NCBI GenBank assembly: GCA_963814395.1
Contig: CAWFCS010000013.1
Coordinates: 860,799-924,798 of the forward strand
DNA: 64,000 bases
Source of the DNA: an uncultured Acidobacteriota bacterium
GTDB taxonomy: Bacteria > Acidobacteriota > Vicinamibacteria > Vicinamibacterales > UBA2999
Reading direction: 5' to 3'
The notes beneath the pieces are model-generated. The model ran no database searches and was not told the DNA's origin. It saw nothing but the letters and a program-made list of their open reading frames with translations. Numbering within the stretch: the first letter of the stretch is position 1; each line of letters opens with the position of its first letter. Positions 33,894 through 45,523 of the stretch are shown in pieces. Position numbers and translations under genes: made by a program.

Positions 33894-34722
33894 GCGCTGG
33901 CTCCCGGCGGTTCGGGCACCGACGTCGCGCGCACGTCGCCGTGCTTCATCGTAGATGCGCGCCGGCACGGGCTGCAGATTCCAGGCGAGCCCCAGCCACG
34001 CCATCGCGGCCACCACGTAGTAGGTCGGGTCGAACTCCCACCAGTAGAAGCCGTTGCGCGCCGCGCGCTGGTAGCGGTGGTGGTTGTTGTGCCAGCCTTC
34101 CCCCACGGCGAAGAACGCGGTGAGCGCGTTGTTGCGCGAGTCGTCGGGCGTGTCGAAACGGCGGCTGCCCCACAGGTGATTTACCGTGTTGATGGCAAAC
34201 GTGGCGTGCGCCAGAGTGGTCGTGGCCAGCGCGAAGCCCCATACCAGCCACGGCCATCCGCCGAGCCGCGTAGAGCGCGGCGGCGAGCAGCAGCGGCGGC
34301 ACGATGTAGTAACGCTCGAGCCACGCGATCTCCGGCACCGCGCCGAAGTCGCGCACCACGGGATTGGTGTCGGGCAGCGCGGCGTGGCGGGCGTCGTGCA
34401 GGAACCAGCCGACGTGCGCGTAGTAGAAGCCGCTCACGGCCGGACTGTGGGGATCGCCCTCGCGGTCGGCGTACTTGTGGTGGCTGATGTGGTGGCCGGC
34501 CCACCAGATCGGCCCCTTCTGCATGGCGGCCGTGCCGACGAACGCCCAGAAGAAGCGCACCGGGCGCGCCAGCTCGAAGGCGCGATGGGCGAAGTAGCGA
34601 TGGAAGGCGAGGGTGAGGCCGATGGCCCGAAGGAAGTGCGAGACGGCCCAGACGCCGACGAGCGACCAGGTGAACGGCACGGTGACGACGAGCAGGGACG
34701 ACGCCTGCACGCCCCAGAACAC
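33890..34722 (-). CDS. Acyl-lipid/acyl-CoA delta-9-type desaturase, frameshifted
   Basis: His boxes HRYFAHR, HISHHKY.D...DPHSP, GEGWHNNHH; WWEFDPTY; start approximate. Confidence 0.92.
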
Positions 34723-34733
34723 CGTGGCGGCGG

Positions 34734-34955
34734 CTAGCTCTCTTCCTCGAAGCCCTCTTCGATCGGCAGCGGACGCGTCGCCGGACGCAACGCCTCGCGA
34801 TGATCGTAGATGGGCACGTCGCGCACGTGCATCGAGTTCGAACACGCTGGTGACTTCGCCTCGACGATGACGGTGACGGGGCTGCTGCCGGAGCCTTCTC
34901 GGAACCCGAGGCGGCATCCGCAGGCGAGCGTGGCGTGTGTGAATCCCTTCAGCAT
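34734..34955 (-). CDS. Small hypothetical protein with CGC...C..H motif (73 aa)
   Basis: MLKGFTHATLACGC...KSPACSNSMHV...; fits tightly between tlpA-like and desaturase genes. Confidence 0.7.
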   Translation of the reverse strand: MLKGFTHATLACGCRLGFREGSGSSPVTVIVEAKSPACSNSMHVRDVPIYDHREALRPATRPLPIEEGFEEES

Positions 34956-34986
34956 CGAACTGCCAGGATCATACTACACGGGTCGT

Positions 34987-35617
34987 TCAGAGCAGGGCTT
35001 TGATCTCGCGTTCGAACTGCGCCTTCGGTGCCAAACCGAGATGCCGCTTGCACACCTTGCCGTCGCGACTGATCAGGAAGGACGCCGGGATGCCGTAGAT
35101 CGGTCCATAGGCGTCCTGGATGTCGTCGTGACCCAGCCCGAGCACGATCGGGTAGTTCACTTTGTACTGGTCGGCGAAGGCCTTGGCCTTGTCGGCCGGG
35201 ATCGTCGACCGAGAGACCGAGCACCACGAGGTCGTTCTTGTACTGCTGCTGCAGCTCGACGAAGCCGGGAATCTCGGCTTTGCACGGCCCGCACCAGGTC
35301 GCCCAGAAGTTGAGCAGCACGACCTTGCCCTTGAACGAGCTGAGCTTCACCTGCGTGCCCTCGAGCGACGGCAGCGTGAAGTCGGCGGCGGGCTTGGCAT
35401 CGGGCAGACACGCGGCGTCGGCCCCGCGCCTGTTCGCCCAGGGTGGACTCGTGCGCGGCCACCGGCTCGACGAACGGCGCCGTGATCGGCTCGCCGCCGG
35501 CGTCGTCGTGGCTGGTCCAGGTGAACGGCACGCTCAGGCCCAGCAGGGCCACCACGGTGCCGACGATGGCGACGCCACGCAGGCTGCGGTTCGGGGCAGG
35601 AATCGGCTGCTGTCCAT
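34987..35617 (-). CDS. TlpA/ResA-like thiol-disulfide oxidoreductase, frameshifted
   Basis: KGKVVLLNFWATWCGPCKAEIP, GLSVDD, YGIPASFLI; N-terminal TM. Confidence 0.92.
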
Positions 35618-35631
35618 GTCCTCATTCTCCC

Positions 35632-36389
35632 TCAAGTCCCACCGCCGCGGCTACGCCCGTCAGCTGCGCCGGCGCGACGAGCACGTAGGTGACGCCGTCG
35701 CTGGCTGCGCACCTCGGCATGGCGGCCGAACGCGGCGACATCCACGGCCGACGCGTCGTGCCCGGGCATCACGAACATCGACACGGCCTCGCCCTGCACG
35801 CGGTAGAGCACGTGCGCCACCAAGCCTTCGCCGTAGAGGCAACTGCGCACGCCCACGAGGCGGGCCCCGCCGCCGCTCGGACGGCGCCGGCAGCCGCACG
35901 TCCAGCCCGTAGCGATCTCGTGCAGCCGCACCTGCGCCACGTCGGCGGTCATGGGATGGGTGTGGTCGTCGCCGTCGATCATGAAGCACTTGATGTGGTC
36001 GAGCGTGAGCTGCGCGGCGAGCAGCACCGAGGACTGCCCGGTGCCCCAATAGATCGCGCCCGCTGACGGCCAGCACGACCGCCGCGGCGGCGGCCAACGG
36101 CGTGAGGCGCCGCCACCAGGCCGCGTCCGCGGCGCCGGCGCCGGCCAGCTGGCGCACGCGCGACTCGAGACCGGCCGGGGCCGGCCCGCACAGCGACGCG
36201 CGCCGGCTCGTGAGCAGGGCCCGCACCTCGCGCTGTTCCTGCGCCAGGCGGCGGCACGCGGCGCAGCCGCGCCAGATGCGCCTCGACCACCGCGGCGTCG
36301 CGGGCCGTGGCTTCGCCGTCCACGAACGGGGGCAACAACGACTCAATCTGGCGACAGTCGCTCGGCGGCGACGGGAACTCCACGGTCAT
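35632..36389 (-). CDS. Anti-sigma factor (zf-HC2 + TM + His/Cys-containing C-terminal domain), frameshifted
   Basis: C..IESLLPPFVDGE...EAHL..CAAC; TM; DHIKC...RSC...AHVLY. Confidence 0.85.
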
Positions 36390-36932
36390 GACTGTCCTTC
36401 CGTTCCTGTGCGGGCCACCGGCGTGGCCACGCGCGTGCTGAGCGCCGCGTGCAGGAGCTTCCGCCCCCGCGAGATGCGCGACATCACGGTGCCGATCGGC
36501 ACCGCCAGTGCGTCGGCAATCTCCTGATACGACAGGTCCTCGACGTCGCGCAGCCAGACCGCCTCGCGGAACGCCTCGGGCAGCGCGTCGACGGCGGCCC
36601 TGACGTCGGCGTCCTGGAGCGCCCCCAGCAGCACGGCTTCTGGCGTGCGGCGAGTCGACGACCCCGGGCCGGCCCGCCTCCATCGCGGCGTCGACCGTGT
36701 CGCTGTCGAACGACACGCGGGCCCGCGCACGATCGCGGCGGTTGTTGCGCCAGGTGTTGTGGAGGATGGTGTAGAGCCAGGCCTTCAGATTGGTGCCGGG
36801 CTGGAAGCGCTCGCGGGCGCGCAGCGCCTTGAGGTAGGTATCCTGCACCAGATCGCGCGCCGCATCGCCGTCCCGGGTCAGGCGTACCGCCGTGCCGTAC
36901 AAGCCGTTCATGAATGCGAGTGCGTCGTCCAT
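36386..36932 (-). CDS. ECF sigma factor (SigR/SigH-like), frameshifted near 36650
   Basis: LYGTAVRLT, DLVQDTYLKA, FQPGTNLKAWLYTILHNT, VPIGTVMSRISRGR. Confidence 0.93.
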
Positions 36933-36984
36933 CAGCGGTGCGCCATCCCCTCGCGCCGGACCGGTCTCGGGCGTTCAAACACCG

Positions 36985-37130
36985 GCACCTCCGACACGTG
37001 ATACGGGGGTAACCCCTCGGGCACGCCGGCTATTCCCGGCCTGGCAGACTCCACGGAACTGACGTCCCAAGTATAGGACACGAACGCGGGGACCAGTTCT
37101 TGCTTTGGTGGCGTCAGATACGGCAGGTGC
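36985..37130. ncRNA. Candidate structured non-coding RNA (family unassigned)
   Basis: Manual pairing gives a closing stem, two hairpins and a long rod; intergenic location. Confidence 0.3.
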
Positions 37131-37227
37131 AGCAGGACGGTCGCGCTCCCAGAGTAAGATGCCGGGAGCGCTGGCGGCCGGCTGCTCGATGCCGAGACGT
37201 CCACAGGACCCTCGAGGAGTTCTTCGT

Positions 37228-40200
37228 ATGCGAACCTTCACGCCGGCCCGGCTCCCCGCCCTTGTGCGGGCCACGTCGATCGCGCTCGTGCTTGCGGTGG
37301 CGGCGTGCCTCACGCCGACTGCGTCGGCGCAAACGCAGTTTGCGCCGTACTTCGGCAAGAACGCGATTCGCTACGACAACTTCAAGTGGCACACCTACCA
37401 GAGCGACCACTTCGAGATCTACTACTACCCCGAGATCGAGCCGCATCTCGAGCGCATGGCCGGCTACGCCGAGAGCGCCTACCAGCACATCAGCTCCGAG
37501 CTGAAGCACGACCTGGCCGCCAAGGTGCCGCTCATCCTGTTCCAGACGAGCGCCGAGTTCTACCAGCAGAACGTCATTCCCGGCGCGGCCCAGGAAGGCG
37601 TGGGCGCGTTCGCCGAGCCGAGCCGCTACCGCATCCTGATGCCGATGGACGAGCCGCCCGATCTGCTCTACCGGCTGATCGTCCACGAGCTGACCCACAT
37701 CTTCCAGTTCGACATCATCCCCACGTCGCTCATCCGCAACAGCACGCCGCTGTGGGTGAACGAGGGCATGAGCGACTACATGACCGGCGTGTGGCGCCCG
37801 AACGACATCATGATGGTGCGCGACGCGGCCATCGCCGACATCATCCCGAAGATGAGCAACCTGCAGGGCTACGGCGACCTCGGCAGCCCGCGCGGCATCT
37901 ACAACCTGGGGCACGCGGCCTTCGAGTTCATGGAGGCGCGCTGGGGCAAGGAAGGCGTGCGGCAATACGTCTTCGCGCTGCGCAAGAGCATCATCGGCGG
38001 CGGCGACGACGCCTATCAGGAAGCCTTCCAGATCTCGGCCGACGAGTGGGACACCGAGTTCGACCGCTACCTGAAGGAGCGCTTCAAGCCGTTCCGCGAC
38101 AAGGAACGGCCCGCCGACTACGGCCGCAACCTCGCGCCGGCGGCCGACAAGACCCGCTACTCGCAGGCCTACTCGATCGAGCCGTCGCCGTCGGGCGACC
38201 TGATTGCCGCCATGACCGGCAACTCCGGCGACCGCGAACTCGACATCGTGCTGCTCTCGGCCAAGGACGGCTCGGTGATTCGCAACCTCACGCCCGGCTT
38301 CGACCAGTCGCGCGGCTTCGAGTACATCGTGCAGCCCGGCGGCCGCTGGAACACGGTGCCGTGGATGTCGTGGTCGCCGTCGGGCGACCGGCTGGCCTTC
38401 TTCGTGCGCACCGAGAAGGACCGCTCGCTCGTGGTCGAAGACGTGATCTCCCGCAAGATCGTGCAGCGCTTCGAGCTGAACGACGTGGACGCGCCCGAGT
38501 CGCCCGACTTCTCGCCCGACGGCAAGACCGTGGCCTTCTCGGCGATGCGCGGCGGCGTCACCGACGTGTTCACGATCAACCTCGACACCAAGGCCATCAC
38601 CAACATCACGAAGGACGCGTTCGCCGACTACGCGCCCACCTGGACGCCCGACGGCAAGGCGATCGTGGTGCTCACGCGGGTGAGCGGCAACGAGAAGCTG
38701 TTCCGCGTCGACCCGGCCACGGGCACGCGCACGCAGCTCACCTTCGGCACGCACGACGAGGCCGGCGCGCAGTATCCTCGACGCCGACACGCTGGTGTTC
38801 TCGTCGACGGCGGTCGATCCGAACGAGACGGTCGATCCCGAGGTGGCCAAGAACGGCACGATCTACAACCTGTGGACGCTCAACCTGAAGACCAACGCGC
38901 TGCTCCGCTACACCGATGCGGTCAGCGGCAACCTGTCGCCGGTGGTGCTGAACGGCGGCACGGCGGGGCCGCGCATCGCCTTCGTGAGCTACTACAAGGG
39001 CGACTACAGCGTGCACGTGCTCGACCGGAAGGAGCCGCTCGGCAAGCCGGCCACGACCGAAGACTTCGGCTCGCCCGGGCCGATCGTGGACTTCCAGGCG
39101 CCCCTCACGCACACGCTCGTGGCCGACAACCAGAAGAAGAAGGGCAAGTTCGACAAGCTCTATCTCGAGGGCCGGCCGCCGGTGAACGTCGGGCCTCACG
39201 AGCGGCGGCGACTTCCTGGGCGGCACCGCGGTGGCCTTCACCGACGTGCTCGGCGACCAGCAGTTCTCGCTCTTCGCCACCTCGGTGTCGCAGTACCGCT
39301 CGTTCTCGGGGTCGTACATCAACCTCGAACGGCGCTTCCAGTACGCGCTGCAGGGCTTCTCGCAGACGCAGTTCTTCTACGGCCAGCTCGAGGGCATCTT
39401 CTACGACCCGAGCTTCAGCGGCATCATCGACCGCGATCTCGCCGTCGCCACCACCACCACCCGCGGCGCCACGGCGTTCGGCATCTGGCCGTTCAACCGC
39501 TACCGGCGCGTCGAGCTGTCGGGCGGCGTGGTGCACTACAGCGAGCAGTTCGAGGACTCCGGGCCTGCAGGAGTACTCGCAGGGCTACCAGCAACAGCAG
39601 TTCGGCCGGCAGCTGCTCAACAACGGCACGATGGTGCCCTTCGGCCTGGCCTTCATCCAGGAGACCACGGTGTTCCGCGAGTTCGGCCCGCTGGCCGGCA
39701 ACACCGTGCGCCTGTCCTACGAGGTCGCTCCCAAAATCGGCAGCACGCTCTCGCGCCAGACGGCTGACCTCGACGTGCGCAAGTACTTCCGCCTCGGTGG
39801 CTCGGGCCTGCTCGCCCTGCGGGCCAAGGGCTTCAAGAGCTGGGGCGACAATCCCGGCTACTACTACTTCGGCGGCAACTCCGAGATGCGCGGCTACGAC
39901 TATCTCTCGTTCGTCGGCCAGAACGCCGGCCACGTGAACGCCGAGCTGCGTATTCCGCTCATCCACGCCATGGCCACGCCGATTGGCATCCTGGGCGGCG
40001 TGCGCGGCACGCTCTTCGCCAACGTCGGCGGCGCCGCGTGGGCCAACGCCGGCTTCAAGGCCTACTCGCGCGAGGCCTCGATTGAACGCCCGATCATCGA
40101 CTACGCGCCCAACCCGGCCGACCCGTCGGCGTGGACATTCCGGTCTACGGCAATCCGGTGCTGGTCGAGGGCTTCCGGCTCCTCGATGCGCGGGCCAGCT

Positions 40201-40367
40201 ACGGCATCGGCCTGCAGACCTTCGCGCTCGGCTTCCCCGTCCACTTCGATTGGAGCTGGCGCACGCTCTTCAACAAGGGCTGGGAAGACGTGCAGTTCGC
40301 GCTGCAGGGCGGCAGCGCGGCGTTCCGCAAGCCGAAGTTCACGATGTGGATCGGCTACGACTTCTAA
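37228..40367 (+). CDS. Omp85/BamA-family OM protein with N-terminal gluzincin-like domain and PD40/TolB-like repeats, frameshifted
   Basis: Signal; FGKN.IRY; HELTH...WVNEG; SWSPSG/FSPDG/WTPDG repeats; GG..EMRGY; C-terminal IGYDF. Confidence 0.88.
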
Positions 40368-40371
40368 AGAC

Positions 40372-40521
40372 AGGGGCTGGGGACTGGGGGCTAGGGACTA
40401 GGGCGTGCCGCAGTCACGCCGGACAGAGACCTAGTCCTTTCTCCGCTGGAAGAGGACTGGGCCGTTGACGGCGTCGACGGTTACCCGCCCCAGCCCCTAG
40501 CCCCCAGTCCCCAGTCCCTAG
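40372..40521. repeat. Inverted heptamer-array element between convergent genes (REP/terminator-like)
   Basis: Left GGGGCTGGGGACTGGGGGCTAGGGACTAGGGCG vs right CGCCCCAGCCCCTAGCCCCCAGTCCCCAGTCCC (33 bp, 3 mismatches) enclosing inner hairpins. Confidence 0.8.
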
Positions 40522-40522
40522 C

Positions 40523-42037
40523 TCAGTTCCCGGCGCGGGTCATGCGCAGTTCGCTGCGCTCGAGGTCCATGGCCACGCGGTAGGGGCTCAGGAACTTGTG
40601 GCCCACGATGCCGCCGAGCTGGAAGCCGAGCAGCACGCTCGGCGCCCGCAGGTTGAGCACCACGACCGAGAAGTTGCGGTATTCGATGTCGAGGAACCGC
40701 AGATTGAGTCCCTGCATCAGGAACGCGTCGCGGTCCCACCCGGACGTGCCATAGACCTTGAGCGCAATCCGCCGTCCGGGCACCTGGCCCGGCCGCAGGG
40801 CATCGGCGGTGGCGCGGCTGATCGAGATCACCTCGCCGCCGGTGTCGACCACGAAGTACGCGGGCCGTTCGGAGTTGATGAGCCCGCGCACCATCGCCAG
40901 ACGATGCATGCGCAGCGGCAGCGTGATGTCGGCCTTGTCGTCGGTGAGGTGCTCGCCGATGGTGAGCATCTTGGTGCCGTAGTCGATGGTCATCGACAAG
41001 CCGAGCGCCATCGGCGAGAAGCTCTCCATCTCGCGCTTGGGGATGCCCTTGAGGGCCGGGTTCTTGATCAGCACCGGCACGTCCTTCACCTTCATGGTGC
41101 CCACTTCGAAGGTATCGAGCCGCGCCAGCTGCAGGCCGCGCAGGCCCACTTCGCCGACGCCGGCGCTGAGCGTGTAGGTGATCGGCACGACGCCGGCTGA
41201 TTGCCCGACCTGCCGTGAGATGGTGGTCTGCTCGGAGCCGGTATCGAGCACGAAGTCGACCCAGCGCCCGCCGTTGATGCGGCCCTTCACGATCACCTTG
41301 TCCTGCACCAGCTTGAAGGGCACGGTGTGCAGACGGCCGCGCGAATTCTCGTCGAGCGAATTGGCTTCGCGGCTCTTGAACGCCTGCAGGAAGCGGATCT
41401 GGGCCTTCGACCACAGCGCCTTGTCGCTGCGGTCCTTGTTGGGCAGCAGGTTCACGTAGTTGGTGTAGGCGCCAGCCGCCTCTTCGTAGCGGCGCAGCCG
41501 CTCGAAGATGGCGCCCGTGGTGTGGTGGATTTCGCCGTCGCGCGGCGCCGTGCGCAGCGCGGCCTGCACTTCGTTCAGCGCCTCGTCGAGCTTCGACCGC
41601 GACGCCAGCGCCTTGGCCAGGCCGTGCCGGCCGCGCGACATCTCGGGGGCGATGGCGAGCGCGTCGCGGAACTCGCGTTCGGCTTCGTCGAACAGGCCCG
41701 CCGACCACAACGCGTCGGCGTGAATGGTCATCGCCTCGGGGTTGCCCGGGGTGTCGGCCTTGAGCCCGGCCGCTTCCTTCTGCGCCTCCTCGAATTCGCC
41801 GACCAGCAGCGCCGTCTTCACGACGCCGATGCGGGCGCGCATCTTCAAGGCCGGATCGTCGGTGTCGGCGGCGCGACGGAACGCGTCGCGCGCCTCGTCG
41901 AAACGCGTCTCTTCGAAGAGCAGCGATCCGAGCTGGAACTGCAGCTCGGCGTCGGCCGCGCCATCGCGGCCTTCGACCGCCAACCCGACGGCAGCACACA
42001 TCGCCGCGACGAGCACTCCGCGCACGACCATCCGCAT
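40523..42037 (-). CDS. Secreted TPR protein with two retropepsin-like aspartyl protease domains
   Basis: TPR helices; FVLDTGSE and FVVDTGGE; GGIVGHKFL. Confidence 0.9.
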   Translation of the reverse strand: MRMVVRGVLVAAMCAAVGLAVEGRDGAADAELQFQLGSLLFEETRFDEARDAFRRAADTDDPALKMRARIGVVKTALLVGEFEEAQKEAAGLKADTPGNPEAMTIHADALWSAGLFDEAEREFRDALAIAPEMSRGRHGLAKALASRSKLDEALNEVQAALRTAPRDGEIHHTTGAIFERLRRYEEAAGAYTNYVNLLPNKDRSDKALWSKAQIRFLQAFKSREANSLDENSRGRLHTVPFKLVQDKVIVKGRINGGRWVDFVLDTGSEQTTISRQVGQSAGVVPITYTLSAGVGEVGLRGLQLARLDTFEVGTMKVKDVPVLIKNPALKGIPKREMESFSPMALGLSMTIDYGTKMLTIGEHLTDDKADITLPLRMHRLAMVRGLINSERPAYFVVDTGGEVISISRATADALRPGQVPGRRIALKVYGTSGWDRDAFLMQGLNLRFLDIEYRNFSVVVLNLRAPSVLLGFQLGGIVGHKFLSPYRVAMDLERSELRMTRAGN

Positions 42038-42162
42038 ACTGGCCTCCCCTTGGACAAGCGTCAACTCGTCACCGGGATGCTCATGCGCGCGCCGGCGCTG
42101 GCGCGCGCTGTCGAACCTGCAACCCGCGCGGAGCGCCCGGGGACGCTCCGCGAGCGCCTAGT

Positions 42163-42423
<261 letters not shown>

Positions 42424-42444
42424 GCCGAAATCCTCCTCGTAAGC

Positions 42445-43189
42445 TCACGCCGACGCCCCCAGGGCCGCCGACGGCAGATATCCCAGTCTGAGCGAGATGT
42501 TCCGGGCCAGATCCCACATCCCGCGATGATCGTTGGTGGCCAGCGGCGCCTCGTCGACGCCGTGGGCGAACGCCCCGACGCGCCCCACCTCCTGTGCCGT
42601 GTAGTCTCGGATTGGCGCGCACGTGCACACCAGGCGCTGCGCGCCCTCGGGGAGCGCGCCCTGGGGGCCGAGCCGCACGAGCGCGGCGTCGACCTGCCGG
42701 GCCTCGATCGGCGCGGCCTGCTTCAGGCAGCTGAGCCGGCGCGTGGCGTGCGACGGCGTCGCCGCGAAGTAGAGCGGCGCAGTGGCCAGGCATCTCGCGG
42801 CCGTAGACGGTGTGCATCGCCACCTCGTCCGGTTCCGTCGTCCAGAGGTAGGTCACCTCGCCGCGCGAGGGGATGGCGATGAACGCGCGGTACGAGGTGC
42901 GCAGCACGTAGTCGCGCACCAGCGGATAGGCATGCAGCCGCAGCTCCGAGCCGCCCAAGGCGCGGAACATCATGTCGAGCATCTTCAGCGTGAGGCTGTA
43001 GCGCGCGGTGTCGTCGTCCTGGCGCACGTAGCCGCGCCGCTTCAGCACCGCCAGCATGCGATGCGCGCTCGAGACCGGCAGGCGCAGCGTGCGCGCCACC
43101 TCCGACACGCTCATGCCGCGCGGCGCGCGGCTGAGCACTTCGCACACATCGAGCGCCTTGTCGGTCGAGGTGGTCGGCGGGCGCTCCAC
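42445..43189 (-). CDS. IclR-family regulator with atypical Cys-containing C-terminal domain, frameshifted near 42775
   Basis: [27 protein letters not shown]...GYV.QD..T.RYSL; C-term CTCAPIRDY...ARNIS.RLGY. Confidence 0.85.
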
Positions 43190-43208
43190 GCCCTGGAGTC
43201 TTTGCTGT

Positions 43209-43223
43209 TTCCACTATATGGAA
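43209..43223. promoter_or_regulatory. Palindromic operator TTCCA-N5-TGGAA (candidate IclR box)
   Basis: TTCCACTATATGGAA 20 bp upstream of the IclR start. Confidence 0.6.
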
Positions 43224-43335
43224 CGTCTTTTCAGAATCGACGCAATTTACTGTAACCGTGGCCGCCCGGACCGGTCAAGACGGCACTGTGGCGATTGACT
43301 CGGGGCAGGGGCGCCCCTACGATGGAGCGTTCGCC

Positions 43336-45483
43336 GTGTCCAACCTCTCTGGGCAGAAACTCGGTCATTACACCGTTCTCGAGCCCCTGGGCGCCGGCGG
43401 TATGGGCGTCGTGTACCGCGCACAGGACACGATGCTCGGCCGCATGGTGGCCTTGAAGGTGTTGCCGGCCACGTCCTCGGACGACCCGGAAGCGGTCAAG
43501 CGGTTCCGCCGCGAGGCCCGCACCGCGTCGAGCCTCAATCACCCCAACATCTGCACCATCTACGGGTTCGACGACCAGGACGGCCGCTGCTATCTGGCCA
43601 TGGAACTGCTCGAGGGCGAAACGCTCGACCGCCGCCTCGTGAAGGGCCCGCTCGACCCGAAGTCCCTGCTCGACGTGGCCTCGCAGGTGGCCGATGCGCT
43701 GGACGCCGCGCACAGCGAACACATCCTGCATCGCGACATCAAGCCGGCCAACATCTTCCTGACCCGGCGCGGACAAACGAAGGTGCTCGACTTCGGTCTG
43801 GCCAAGCTGGCTGAAGGGCCGCTGCGCCGGGCCGGCGCGGACAACGCGACCACGCTCGACCCCACGGTCTTCACGAGCGTCGTCGGCACCACCGTGGGCA
43901 CCGTGGCCTACATGTCGCCGGAACAGGCCCGGGCCGAAGAACTCGACGTGCGCACCGACCTGTTCTCGTTCGGCGTGGTGCTCTACGAGATGGCCACCGG
44001 GCGCGTGAGCTTTCCCGGCAACACCACCGCCATCATCTTCGACGGCATCCTCAATCGCGATCCCACGCCCGCGTCGGCCCTCAATCCACTGGTGGCGCCA
44101 GAACTCGATCGGATCATCGCGAAGGCGCTCGAGAAGGACCGCACGCTGCGCTACCAGACGGCCGCCGACCTGCGCGCCGACCTGCAGCGGCTGCGCCGCG
44201 ATTCGAGCAAGCGCGTCACCGTCGCCAGCCAGCGCCGGCGCGCGCACCGGAACCGCCGCCCACGCCGCCCTCATCGGAGCCGATGCCGGCCGCCCGGCAC
44301 AGCATGATGGCGCTGGATCCCGCCGCGGCACTCACCGTGGCCATACCGGCCGCGCCACGCTCGACGCGCGAAACGACGGCCGCACCGCCGGCGCCCGGGC
44401 CGGCGGCGCCACTGCCGGCCGCCGCCGCTGCGACTGGCGCTGGCGCGGCCGCATCCGCCCGTTCGCCGCTGGTGCTCGTCGCCGGTGCCGTGGCGGTGGT
44501 GGCGGTCATTGCCGCGGGCGTGATGACCATGCGCGGTGGCGACGCCGTGCCAACCGAGGTCGCAACCACGAGCGAGGCCCCCGCGGCGGCGCCGGCTTTG
44601 CCCGATCCCGCGATCACACCGGCGACACCAGGCCCGATCACGCCGCCCGGCGCCACGACGCCGCCGCCGCTCAAGACCGCCGCCGCCACCGGCCACGCCG
44701 AAGGGCCCGGTCACGCCACCGCCCACCAAGGTGGTCGCGCCTGATCTCAACGCCGAAGCGGCGACAGCGGCTCGAGATCGCGCGCGCCAAGATCGGCAGC
44801 AACCTGGCGGACCAGGGCATCGCCGATCTGCGCGCCGTCGTCACCGAGTTCCCCAGCGCGCCGCGGCCGCCGACGCCGCGTTCCTCGTCGCCGAGACCTA
44901 CACGCGCCTCGGCCGGGCCGACGACGCCATGGCGGCGCACGTCGAGTTCGCCAATCGCTTCGCCGGCGACGCGCGCCTGGCCGACAGCCAGTTCGCGCTC
45001 GGCGACTTGACGCTCAAGTCGCGGCAGCCCAATCGCGACGAGGCCGCGCGCGAGATCTTCGGCCGCGCCGCGGCTGCCGCGCCCGGCACGCCGACGGCGC
45101 TGCGCGCGCTGCAGGCCAAGATCGCCATCGAAGATCGCCGCCGCCTGAAGGTGCGCGAGGTCGCCGCCGGCAAAGAGGTGCCCGCGAGTCTCGCGACGCT
45201 CCGCGTGCTCGCCGACCAGTTCCCGACCTCTCCGCACGGCATGCTCGCGCTCTTCCGCCTGGGCTCCGGCTATGCCGATGCCGACCAATGGGAACTGGCC
45301 GCGCGCGCCTGGACCGACCTGGCCACGCGTTACCCCGACAATCCCAACGACGCATGGTGGCTGCTCGGCGAACTCTACGAGCGGCGGCTGCGCGACGACG
45401 GCCGCGCCAAGGCGGCCTACGCGCAGGTGCCGGCCACCTCGAAGCGCTACCAGGACGCGCAGCGCAAGCTGACGCGCCGCTGA
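43336..45483 (+). CDS. Hanks-type Ser/Thr kinase with TM and C-terminal TPR (BamD/CpoB-like) domain, frameshifted
   Basis: [41 protein letters not shown] helices. Confidence 0.92.
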
Positions 45484-45523
45484 CGCGCGGCGGCGCCACC
45501 GGCGTCTCGCGCGGGATCGAAGG

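Noticed and set aside
33666..34106. Desaturase fused to the HExxH protein
   Set aside because: A GTGA stop/start overlap at 33890-33893 suggests two genes joined by an indel.
36932..37204. 90-aa minus-strand ORF upstream of the ECF sigma gene
   Set aside because: No recognisable motif and weak GC3 bias; the region is better explained as regulatory or RNA.
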